The notes under the pieces were generated by a model that saw only the letters and a program-made list of their open reading frames with translations, was not told the DNA's origin and ran no database searches. From NCBI RefSeq assembly GCF_030028105.1, contig NC_092385.1, positions 56,965,433 through 57,029,432 on the forward strand: 64,000 nt of DNA, given 5' to 3'. Positions 50,318-61,629 of this stretch are shown one piece after another (position 1 is the stretch's first letter; each line of letters opens with the position of its first letter). Made by a program: the position numbers and the translations under genes. The DNA is from Mobula birostris (taxonomy: Eukaryota).

Positions 50318-51469
50318 CATTGTTTCACCGCCATTTCTCTGACTTGGATCCCAGAGTCCTGGATTATTTTTGATCAGCCCAGCCTGCCCTCAGCACTAAC
50401 TATACCCGAACTCCCTCAGCTGCTGTATGATCTTTCCAGCTTCAGTTACTGAGATCATCTTTCTGCCTTTTGCTGACTGGTTCAACTTTCTATCACCCCG
50501 GTTCCCTCCTCTGGACTCTGGTTTGCTTCTCAACTACTTGTGGATGCTATAGTAATCTGCAGATTCTCTTGCTCTGACCCCAGCCTCTTGCGTGCCAACT
50601 TGTAAATCTGCAGACCCACGTAAGCGCATCTGACTGTAAGCCTTCACATGTTGAGCAGCTGTCCCTACCATCCTCAGAAAAGATCAGGTCCACTGACTGC
50701 ATTCAATCCAACCCAAGCCTGGCCTGGTAACTGGTTTTTATTTAAGCCATGCTCACTCTAACCCACCGATGGCAATTAATGTCACATGTACTGAGATCGA
50801 GTAAAAAAGCTTTAACTTGTATGGCGTCCACATTCTGATTCTGATCTATTTATCACAAGTACGTCGAAACATACAGTGGGATGTGTTATTTGCATTAACA
50901 ACCAACAGAACCAGGCTGCCCATCTCTGGGACTTTACGTGGGGTCTCTGTGCAAGCTAGCCTTTTGCGGTCTCAAGCACTGGTTTCAGCAGTCTGTTCCC
51001 GGCAGGTGTGTGGGGAACTGAAGTTGGGATGGGCCATGCCCTCTGAAACGGTGCCTTGGATGTAGCAATCACTGAGTGCGATGCAGACCCAGCTGTTGGG
51101 GTGTAATGCCGTGGTAATTGGCCAATTACTAACGTCAGTGGCTAGTGAATGATGGCTGTAGCTATCCTTGAAGATGTGGCCTCAAAACTGCAACAGTAAT
51201 CAATGGTCTGATTAAGTAAAGAAGAGGATTGATCCCCTCATTTATGGCCAGCCCGAGCTGTTCCTCGGGCCGTGTCTAATGACTGTTTAGGGATAAGATA
51301 TAATGCGGAATCCAGCCAGCAAGTCATCCATTGACAGAGTCATTTATAGGCCTGTCGGTTAAGGCAGAGAGATAGAACAAAGAGCTAGCTTTAATAGTAT
51401 AGTCTTGGTAGTCTTTGCTCTGTGAACAAACACAATGAGCTGGGGGAGGTCTCAAAGTCCATACAGAGG

Positions 51470-52055
51470 TGCATCCAGAATTATTTACTTCGTACTTCGG
51501 TCCAAAGTAGTGCATAATTCTGAGTAGTTGGGAGACCAGATGTAAAGGGGCAGTACACAGTTAATGGCAGGTCTCTTAACAGTGTTAATGTACAGAGGGA
51601 TCCAAGTGCATAGCATCCTGGAAGTGGCTGCACAAGCTGATAGGGTGGTAAAGAAGGCACTTGCTTCAGCACTGAGTTTCGGAGTCACAAACTTATGTTG
51701 CAGCTTTATAAAATTGTAGTTAGGCCACGTTTGGCATATCGCATTCATTTCTGGTCACCCATTGTGGAGGTTTTGGAGAGGGTGCATAAGGCGTTTCCCA
51801 GGATACGGCCTGGGTTACAGGATGGGTGCGATAAGGAGAGGTTGGACACACAAGGGTGTTTTCACCAGAGCAGCACAGGCCGAGGAGAGAACTAATGGAA
51901 GTTTATAAAATCATGAGATGCATAGAGTAGACATCTGGTAGCTTTTGCTCAGGATCGAAATGTCTAATACTACAGGGTGTGCATTTAAGGCAAGAGGAGG
52001 GAAGTTCAAAGCAAATTTTCTAGGCAATGTTATTAGACAGATAGATGGGTGCCTG
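51470..52055 (+). mobile_element. Old CR1 fragment
   Basis: MLQLYKIVVRPRLAYRIHFWSP..LERVHK. Confidence 0.8.
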
Positions 52056-52192
52056 ATAAACTGTCTTCATTGAGTCTCAACACCTCTCTCTGTAACTGGA
52101 CCTTGGATTTTTTGACACAAAGGCCACAATTGCTCCATGTTGGCATCAACATCCATAGCTCGTCACACTGAACACCGTGTCTGCGTCCTCAC

Positions 52193-55100
52193 TGTTGTGT
52201 CTGTTCACAACTATATTTCAATTAACTAAAAGCACGTATGTGAGAGATGGCTTTAACTGGTGTATTCACATTGCAAAGAGAGAGAGAGAACAATGTGCAT
52301 GCGTAGACAACAGCGCATACGCAGACAACAGATCAACACATAGTGCTAAGGGGGGGCTCATTGCTCTAAAAGAAATAGATCCATACATTAGGCTTCCTCC
52401 CGCTTTAGATTAATAAACATAAAACTGTATATTAGATTAGATTAGATTATTAGATTATGAGGACACGCAGTCCTCTTTTATTGTCATTTAGTAATGCATG
52501 CATTAAGAAATGATACAATGTTTTTCCAGAATGATATCACAGAAACACATGACAAACCGACTTAAAAACTGACAAAAACCACATAATTATAACATATAGT
52601 TACAATAGTGCAAAGCAATACTGTAATCTGATAAGAACAGACCATGGGCACGGTAAAGTGTCAAAGTCTCTCGAAAGTCCCATCATCTCACGCAGACGGT
52701 GCACCTCCAGCGCCGCAAACTTGCCGGTGCAGCATACTGGAAGCACCCGACCACAGTCCAACTTCGAGTCCGTCCGAAAACTCCGAGCCTCCAACCAGCT
52801 CTCCGACACCAAGCACTGAGCACCATCTCTGCAGAGCGCTTCGACCCCGGCCCCAGCAACAGGCAATAGGCAAGGCCAAGGATTTGGGGCCTTCCCCTCC
52901 GGAGATTCTGGATCGCACAGTAGCAATGGCAGTGAAGCAGGCATTTCAGAAGTTTCTCCAGGTACTCCTCCATGCTTCTCACGGCTGTCTCCATCAAATC
53001 CAGATTGTGCACGGCCCACTAGTTACACATACGATATTCATTCGGAATGGCCGCGTGCGCTGCGTCGTGCCGCCACCTTCTCCTCCCTCCAAAATATGTA
53101 CAAAACATTCAATTTCCCTTTCATAAACCCATATTCTAAATAAACATGCTTTCACCATACCAGTCCATAACTAACTTCACAGTTCTAAAGATTCAGTTTT
53201 TTGGGCAGTGCTCTGTTTCTTTCAGGATAGCACCTCTGTATCTGTGGGGTGGCATCAGGTTTGGCAGGTGTCTTGTCAACAATAACGTTCTCATTGTACC
53301 TCTGGACCTGTGGGGTGGCATTGGGTTTGGTAGGTGTCTTGCTCAGACAGTGTTCTCAGTTTCTGGTGTTATGTTACTTTCAGCGACATGATCATCACTG
53401 AGAGTTAAGTCCGGTGGCTGTAATGTGTTCATCTTGTTGGATGCAGTCGACTCAGGTGTGCTCTTCAGTTGAGCATCCAGATGACGTCTCCATGTCTGAT
53501 CTCCAACATCCACTGTGTACATCAGTGGTCCAGTTCTTGCAACTATTCTACCGGGTGTCCACTTGTCTTCTCAGTAATCATGCACTAGGACTTCCTGTCC
53601 AATCTCACAGCTCTTTGCTCCTTCACTTGATAACTGGTTGAACTGGTTATTCTGCACTTCCCTCTGGTGGTCTGGTTTCAGGAGGTCTATGTGAGGTCTC
53701 AGATTCCTGTTCATGAACAGTGTTGCAGATGTTTGATTTGTCATCGCATGAACAGAGTTCTGACACACAAAAAGGAAATTATCCACCTTGGGCTGCAGCA
53801 AAATGTCCTCCTTATTCATCACTTTAATGGACTTTTTGAATGTTTGGATAAACCTTTCAGCTAGCCCATTTGTTTCTGGGTGGTGAGGAGCTGACTTGAA
53901 ATGTCTGCTGCCATTTTTCTTCATGAACAGTCAGAATTCTTCTGATGTGTATTGTGGCCTGGTGTCACTCCCAATTTCTTCTGCTAGCAGTTTCTGGTGA
54001 AGAGATTCTTCAGAGCAGAGACAGACTTTGCTGAGGTGGTTGACTTCATTGGTATAACCTTCCGCCTCTTCAAATAAGCATCCACAGCAATCAGAAACAT
54101 GGAGTCCATGAATGGCCCAGCAAAGTCAATATGTACTCCTTGCCATGGTGACAACAGCCATTCCCACAGATGTAATGGTGTCTGGGGTGGTGCATCTTGA
54201 ATGTTTTGGCATCCCAAACAGTTTTTGGTCAAGTTTTCAATCTGTTTATTTATTTCTGGCCACCAGGCGTAACTCCAGGTGAGACTCTACATCTTGACTG
54301 TACCCAGGTGTCCTTCATGCAGATTTTCTAACACTCTGGTGCACAGTTTAGAGGATCCACTACACCAGATCCACACACAGCGTACTTTGACATACTGATA
54401 GTTGGTCTCATCTCACTAAGAATTCTGGAGACATAGGGTTACCATGAGCTGGCCATCCTTGCATGGTGATTTCATAGACTTTTGATAATGTCAGGATATT
54501 CTTTGTTTCCCTTTATATTTTGGAATTTGTTACTGGCTACTGGTCCACCAAAGCAGTGTGAACACTTCTTCTGGGTCACAGAATGAAGACTTTTCTTCTT
54601 CAGTTGTCAACAGTAGAAGATGTGTCAAGCCATCAGCATTGTTGTGTTGTTGGTACTCTTAAAGAACGGCTCCAAGGAAATAGTGCTCAGCATTGTAACT
54701 GAGATCGCTAGTACAACTATCCCTTCCTGGGATTGAAAGTGCACACAAGGCGCTGGAGATCTGTCACTAGTGTAAGTTATGTCCATAGAGGTAGTGTGGA
54801 ACTTCTTTATTCCCCATACTAGACTAAAGGCCTCTTGGTCGATCTGTGCATAGCTACATTCAGTACTCATCAGTGATCTTGAAGCAAACGCAGTCAGGCG
54901 TTCAGCATCACCTTTCAGGACGTGTGACAGAACAGTTGCAATGCCATAAGGGCATGCATCGCATGCCAGTCTGATGGACAGGGATGGGTCACAATGGGTG
55001 AGCAGTTCATCTGACGTTATTAGACTCTTTGTTTCCTTGAATACTTTTTCCACATCTTTCTGACCATTCCCACTTCGCTCCTGCTTGTAAAGCACTGAAT

Positions 55101-56040
55101 GCACTTTATGCAATCTTAGTGTCGCTGTTTCGTTGAGTTCAATTCTAGCCTTCATACACCTTATTAGCATTCTCAAGCAGCAGTGCCCTGGTAGCTCTGG
55201 TTAGTGTCACCGTTTAAGTTGCCATTGGCTGTTGATATCACACTGAGAGCTTTGATTCAGTGCCAGTCTGGTTGAATTTTTCTCAATCATTCACGTCCGA
55301 AAACTGCTGGCCCTCCACTTTTCAACTAACTGTTTTGTTTGACCTTCATATGTCACGTTTACTTTCAGTTTGGCTTTGGGAGATACTTTTTTGCCTGTGT
55401 AGGTCTTTAGCATCACCGAGATCTTCTCTAATGGTATCTTAGAAAACAGTCTGTTGTAGTCAGCCTCTGGAATTCCGGACAAAGCCGGCCCTGTATCCAG
55501 CTCCATTTTCAGTTTTACACCGGACATATCTATTGTGATCCAGATGATTTTGTGATCTGCTTCAGTTATACTATGCAGTTCTAGGCATGACAGTTCACCT
55601 TTGTCAGACTCTGTATTGTCCGATTCTGTTTTACATTCAGTAACTTTATGCATTTGTTTAGTTTTGTGTTTGGGACTTTTCAGTCGACTATGTTTTTTGT
55701 CTGCTTTTCATACTCTCCCTATGTGACCTTGTCTGCAGACTTTTTCAGTGAATCAACAGTCATTTGCATCATGGGAAGATTTGCCACATTGCTGACATAT
55801 TTGGCTACCTACACCACTCAGGGACATTTTGTGCATTTAACATTTTAACCTCTTTCTCTGTAGTTCTGCTGCATCCTTTGCTGTCGTCTCTAACAATATT
55901 GCAAGGGTCAATGCCCATTCTAAGGTTAGGTCTCTTTCTGACAGTAGCCTCACTCGAGTGCTTTCACTTTGCATGCCACGTACAAGCCTGTCCCTTAATG
56001 CATCAGAAAGTCCATCTCTAAAGTCACTTGCATCATACAC
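52193..56040 (-). mobile_element. Gypsy (Mag-like) element: partial gag, protease, RNase H, integrase, 3' LTR; RT core deleted
   Basis: LSDALRDRLV, MELDTGPALS, LACDACPYGIATVLSH..AFASRSL, PWQGVHIDFAGPF, HPETNGLAERFIQTFK; PPT-like AAAGCGGGAGGAA and LTR ~52193-52392. Confidence 0.9.
52431..53090 (-). mobile_element. ~660-bp non-autonomous retroposon with (TCTAA)n tail
   Basis: CpG-rich 5' end GAAGGTGGCGGCACGACGCAGCG, AATAAA, (TCTAA)n tail, approximate flanking repeat AAAACTGTA/AAAATATGTA. Confidence 0.7.
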
Positions 56041-56600
56041 CCCCAGGGTACCCTCTTCAGTTGCCTGATGAGGTTATCGTAGCCTTTGGTCAAGGGCAGA
56101 TGTCGTCAGTTGGTGCCCAACCTTCATAGAATGTTCCAACCCTTAACCACTACACTGCCTAGTTAGCGGGTCAGCAGTAGTCACCAAGTCCCGACTTACA
56201 GCTCAACTCTTCTCGCCTGCTCTATATCCAGCGAGAGAATCTTCCTACTTCCTCCCCCATCCTGTGAGCTGCTTGGTTCTTGCTCTTTTCATCAAGGCTC
56301 AGCATAGACAGCAACCTTTATGCTGACCTTGCCGTGAACCCTTACAGCTGATTTCCATGGGAAATAGTCACGTCTGCCATCCTTTGTCCTGCACTCCTGG
56401 ACTAAGGACTTATACCTCAGGACCTTCCTCTCGTGAGCCCCCTCGCATCCTTCCTCCCTTGGTACTGTGAGCTCCACCAGGGTGATTTTCTTGTCTTTGG
56501 TGGATCTCCGTACGATGTCTAAATCCAATCTGCTTCAAAATGCCAAACCATGGGCGATGGAGGTCGATGTGGGAGGAAGCTACAGTTCCCGGAGGTGCTG
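56041..56600 (-). mobile_element. HERO-like (RLE-type) non-LTR element 3' end with a short inverted 5' piece
   Basis: Minus DIVRRSTKDKKITLVELTVPREEGCEGAHERKVLRYKSLVQECR; plus 56521-56600 LLQNAKPWAMEVDVG(fs)RKLQFPEV. Confidence 0.8.
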
Positions 56601-56930
56601 AGACTCTTCATCAGGAGAGGAATGGCGGGATTAAGAAACCAGAATAAGAAGGTGGGACAGAAAGGAGTACAAGCTGGCCGGTGATAGATAAAGGCAGGTG
56701 AGGGAGGAGGGATGAAGTCAGAAGATAGGAGGTCATAAACACAAGAAAGTCTGCAGATGCTGGAAATCCAAAGCAACACACACAAAGAGCTGTATGAACC
56801 CAGCAGGTCAGGCAGCATCCGTAGAAATGAGTCGATGATTCGGGCGGAAACCCTTCCACAGGACTGAGAAGGAAGGGGGAAGAGAAGGTAATAGTTGGAG
56901 AAGGTAGAGCTGAAGAAGGAGGAATCTGTT
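56598..56930 (-). mobile_element. Two tandem, decayed Penelope pLTR fragments
   Basis: CTGCAGATGCTGGAAATC..CAGCAGGTCAGGCAGCATC; degenerate hammerheads CTGTGGA..GAATCATC and CTGATGAAGAGTCTC on the minus strand. Confidence 0.75.
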
Positions 56931-57499
56931 AGTGTGTTGATGTTATACTGTTCCTGTGTTGTACCGTGGAATTAGAGGGAGTGGGTAGCATTGTGTGTGG
57001 GAAGGGGTATTAACACGGTGCGTGTGAGGAAGAAGGGTGGCAGAGGAGGTGAGGGAAGAGATGACTTGAAGGGAGAAAAGGAATAGATGACATTGAGTAA
57101 GACACTCACACTTGGTAGAACTCTAATATTTGAGTAGAAAGACTGTTGGTTTAAACTGCCCTTCAAAGACTTGAACACATGACCCAAGAAGATGTTTCAG
57201 TTCAGAGAGAGTATTGCATAATCAGAAGACCGCTTCTGTAAGTGTTAAACTGTTCCTCTAATGTGGTGGCACTTCACCGGGCAGGAGGTACTAGAATAGT
57301 AAGAAAACCACTTTATTTGTCTGCTTGCACTGCACTTTCTGTAAAACTGCAACACTATATTCTGCAGCTTTTCCCCATTTGTACCACTCAATATATTTAT
57401 GTATGGGGTGACCTGCATGAATGACACACAAACACTTTTCGCTGTGCCTTGGTACTTGTGATAATAATTAACTCATTACCACAATAACACCGAAACAGA

Positions 57500-58115
57500 T
57501 CATCGAACGTTACAGCCACAGTACAGGCCTTTCGGCCCACAATGTTGTGCTGACCTTTTAACCTACTTTAAGATTAATCTAACCCTTCCCTCCTACATAG
57601 CCCTCCATTTTTTCTATCATCCATGTACCTATCTAGGACTTTGTTAAATGCCCCTAATGTTTCTGACTCTACCACCACACCTGTCTGGGCGTTCCTCCCC
57701 CACCACTCACTGTGTGGAAAAAACTTACCTCTGACATCCCTCTTGTTCTTTCTTCCGATCACCTTAAAATTACGGCCCCTTGTACTTGCCATTTCCGCCC
57801 TGGGAAAATGCTTCTGGCTGTCCGCTTCGTCTATGCTTCTTATCATCTTGTACGCCTCTATCAAGCCTCCTCTCATCCTCCTTCGCCCCAAAGGGAAACG
57901 CCCAGCTCACCCAACCTATCCTCATAAGGCATGCTCTGTAAGATTCAAGCAGCATCATGGTAAACCTCCTCTGCACCCTCTCCAAAGTGTCCACATCCTC
58001 CCTGTAAAGAAGTGACCACAACTGAACACAACACTCCAAGTGAGGTCTAACCAGGGTTTTACAGAACTACATTACCTCATGGCTTTTGAACTCAATCCTC
58101 CAGCTAATGATGCTC
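57500..58115 (-). mobile_element. CR1 3' fragment
   Basis: ECCVQLWSLLYREDVDTLERVQRRFT, RRRMRGGLIEAYKMIR. Confidence 0.88.
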
Positions 58116-58637
58116 AATGTATTTTCCTCAAATCGCAGCCATGATTACCCTTCAATGAGATTTCACTGCCCGTAGATGGAAATACTCTCATACTGATCTG
58201 GCACAATACTTCTTGATGACTGCACTCCATTGACTGGTGTCATTAACCCAGCACAATCTCATTTTAACCCACTCATTTGAAAGAGAAAATCTAGATTGTA
58301 GAATTGTGAAACCTCAGCATCACTTTCCTGTTTGTTTACTTTGTTTTCCAGCCTCTCCAGCACAGATCCGCTCATCGAATGATTTTATCCCACACTCTTT
58401 GTTGTTCCATTACTGGATTCAGACACACCATACCTAACTACTAACACACGTGCTTAATGCTGGCTATGCATTCGGCCAATTTGCACCAAGTTTAGAGCTC
58501 AGTGACAAAAATTCAGTAACTGAGTGGTTCCAACACAGATACAGTAACATCTGAAATGCTTGTGGTCCAGTTAGTGTACGTTAGACAGTAAAGGCTAGAG
58601 CAACGTTGGCACTTTCACATCACTGTGAACGGTACTA

Positions 58638-58794
58638 TTAATCCTTGGACTCAGCGTCCTGTCCGAACGGAATTGTTGAATAAAAGGAGGACTTTGTGGC
58701 TGATGTCACAGCTGGGCTTGAAGCTGAACAAATTGATTTTGGAGAGGTCTCAGTGAAGCTTAAGGCACAGGCTGCCAGTATTAGCATTAGGCAC
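58638..58794 (-). CDS. Candidate terminal coding exon of the same gene
   Basis: Pyrimidine tract TTCCCCTCTCATCCCTGCCCATAAAG; phase-2 frame CLMLILAACALSFTETSPKSICSASSPAVTSATKSSFYSTIPFGQDAESKD followed by TAA TAG. Confidence 0.3.
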
Positions 58795-59052
58795 CTTTAT
58801 GGGCAGGGATGAGAGGGGAAAGGAATTTGTGTGCCAAAACACTTTAACCAGAGAATGCCTAAAGTAGGGAAGGAGCTCCCTCAACATTGTAACTACACTG
58901 AATGTTTCAGAACTCCTGCAGTGGCCACTCAGAAGTCAGCCACACAAACTGAAGGTGTCTGGGATAGCTCAGCAATGCCAGTCAGGAAGGTAAGCTGAGA
59001 GGATACAACCTTGTGCCTAACTGTCCTGACAAAGTGTCCTCCATCTGAAATG

Positions 59053-59240
59053 CAACACACATCAACGTTGCTGGTGAACGCAGCAGGCCAGGCAGGGTAC
59101 AGTCCTGACAAAGGGTCTCGGCCCAAAACATCGACTGTACCTCTTCCTAGAGATGCTGCCTGGCCTGCTGCGTTCACCAGCAACGTTGATGTGTGTTGCT
59201 TGAATTTCCAGCATCTGCAGATTTCCTCGTGTTTGCGTCT
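59053..59240 (+). mobile_element. Penelope-derived non-coding hairpin element with central hammerhead motif and 10-bp TSD
   Basis: Perfect 44-bp inverted repeat 59052-59095 / 59156-59199; ATCTGAAATG at 59043-59052 and 59241-59250; sequence matches the pLTR at 16670-16805. Confidence 0.9.
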
Positions 59241-59379
59241 ATCTGAAATGTTTTTTTTCACTAAGATGCTGCCTGACCTGCTGAGTACTTCCTGTTTCTG
59301 GCCCTTACTGAGAACAGCAGTCCATGCTATGACTGAAAACATAACATGGGTTCTCATCTCTGCTGGTGGTGGGCTTAGA

Positions 59380-60060
59380 TTGTTGTTTTGCAGCAACAGT
59401 ACAATGTAATTTGTAAAATGACTATACATTACAATGATAAATAAGAAAGAGAGCAAGAAGAATAAGGCTGAGTTCATGGGTTCATTGTCTAGTCAGAGAT
59501 CTGATTGCAGAGGGGGAGAAACATTCCTAAAACTGTGTTGCGTATGTGGCTCCAGGCTCCTGTACCTCCCTGAAGGTCGAGTCAAGGAGAGATACAGCAC
59601 AGACACCTGTACTTTGACAATAAATGACGAGAACATGCGATAAAGAGACCTTAAAGTGAGATCATTGGTTGTAGAAACATTTCGATGATGGAGCAAGTGA
59701 ACGTAGTTATTCTATTCAAGAGTCTGATGGTCGAGGGGTAGTTGTCTGGTGGTTGAACGTGGCGATGTGAATCCTGAGGCTCTTATAGCTTTTACCTGAT
59801 GGCAGCAGTGAGAAGAGAGCATGACCCGGGTGGTGGGGATTCCTAGACAGCTTCCATCTCCACATAAGTTTCTTGAATGAACCTCTTACAAACAACAAAG
59901 GTGAACTCCTGATCTCCCAGCCTACCTTGCATTTTATTTGTCTACCTACGCTGCACTCTCTTTGTAACTGAAACACAATCTTCTGCATTGCACCACCTTG
60001 ATATACTTACAGTATGTATGGAATGGTCTTGATGCATGTGACACTGATTAACAATTACCA
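59380..60060. mobile_element. Cluster of Rex1-type 3' fragments in both orientations
   Basis: PSGRYRSL..SFRN, HHPGHALFSLLPSGKSYKSLR. Confidence 0.65.
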
Positions 60061-60361
60061 ATGAGAAGGCGAACATGAGCAGTGAGCTCCTTGGGACATG
60101 GTTAGCCATTGAAAGGACATTTTAGAGGCAAGTGCAGGAACACCTCTGATGTTATTCCAGGTTCACTGTCCTGGGAGCTTGTTGATATCTATGCAGTTCC
60201 AGTGGCGAGTACTAACCTGAAGCCCCATGAATCGCTGAAGCCTAGTCAGTCTGTTACAAGAGCTGGACTTTGCTTTCTTCCTAAGAAGGCAGCATGGTTA
60301 TCAGCGAGAGCCTCCTGGTTGGCCGTTTGTCACCTGTCCTCCTCCCATCCTCCTTGCTGCC

Positions 60362-60655
60362 AGCTTTATCTGTCACAAGTGCACCAAAACACACAGTGAA
60401 ATGCGTCATTTCTACCAAAGTAAATCAACTCGGGCAGCCCACAAGTGTCACCTTGCTTCCAGCACAATCATAGCATGCCTACAACTTACAAACCCTAACC
60501 ATACATCTTTGGACTGTGGGAGGAAACCAGAGCACCTGGAGGAAACCAACGCGGTCACAGGGAGAAGGTCTAAACTCCTTGCAGACAGCAATGGGAACTG
60601 AGCCCTGATCTTACAGTAGGTTCCGCAATGTGATGCTCCAGCCACTTTGCTACCG
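60362..60655 (-). mobile_element. HE1/V-SINE-like SINE
   Basis: TTTGGACTGTGGGAGGAAACCAGAGCACCTGGAGGAAACC..GGTCACAGGGAGAAG..AAACTCCTT. Confidence 0.8.
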
Positions 60656-60739
60656 GGCTTCCCATCGGCTTTTCATTATCTTATATATTATTTCTACATC
60701 GCAGTCTCAGTGATCCTGTGAATTCTGACCAGCTACCAG

Positions 60740-61225
60740 ATTGTTCATGGCTTGGTATAGCAACTGCTTTGTCACAAATTCTCCTAAGAATTTGCAGAGG
60801 GTTGTGGATGCAGGCAAGTCCATCATGAAAACCAGCTTCCGCTTCCTGGACGCTCTTGGAACTTCCTGCTGCCTTGGAAAAGCAACCAACACAATCGAGA
60901 CCTTCTCCCGCCCTGGACAGTCCCTCTTCTCTCCCCTGTCATTGTGCATAAGACTGAGGACATGCATCACCAGGCTGAAGGGCAGCTTCTATCCCACTGT
61001 TCTAAGATCATTAAACAGATCTTTCATACAATAAAAATGAACTTTTGATCTCACAGTCTGCCTGTGGTCCTTGCACCTTATTGCTTGCCTGCACTGCAGC
61101 TTCTCTGCTACCTCAACACTCTATTCTGTAATTACTTTCTCTGGTAGTAGTTACCTTTTGAAAGATTTATATGGATGCTTTGCAAAGCTAATGTCTTTTC
61201 AGTACCTCAGTCCATGTGACTGTCA
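60740..61225 (+). mobile_element. Old Rex1-type 3' fragment
   Basis: AWYSNC..KNLQRVVDAGKSIM..PGQSLFSPL..TRLKGSFYP. Confidence 0.75.
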
Positions 61226-61471
61226 CACACCCATCCCCTCGCTTACCCCCACTACCTGACTGCTGCCACAGACACTGTCTCCAGTGGAGATAGGACAAAA
61301 TTAAGAAGCGGACTCCAACTGGGGTGCTAGCGGCTTCCTTTGGAAGCTACAAAAGGAGTGTGAGAACCCTGGACATTCAAAAACCCAAGAGTGAGAAAAC
61401 CGAAGAGAAATGTTTTACTAAGGCTGTTCCCGTGAGAAACAAGAATGTGATAATAAAGTGGGGCTTTGTGC

Positions 61472-61626
61472 CTGTGCTCTGGCGAGAGAACAGATTCCGT
61501 CCAGCTGTTGAACTGATAACTATCCCCATTCATCGGGGCTGGCTCTGGGAGGGGAGGGGGTGGTGGTTCGGGGCTGATTCCGCTGTCAGACAGAGCCACT
61601 GCCACCACGTTTGCCTTCTGCTTGAT
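61472..61626 (-). CDS. Candidate coding exon of an unidentified host gene (Pro-rich)
   Basis: Acceptor CTTTGACCTTTCAG; open frame IKQKANVVAVALSDSGISPEPPPPPLPEPAPMNGDSYQFNSWTESVLSPEH; non-repeat and CpG-retaining; the best-fitting donor is a weak GC type. Confidence 0.4.
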
Positions 61627-61629
61627 CTG

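Noticed and set aside
56095-56160. GGAAC...CTGACGA on the minus strand of the HERO-like 3' UTR as a permuted hammerhead
   Set aside because: The GAAA box is imperfect and I cannot form convincing stems II and III; it needs a family consensus to revisit.
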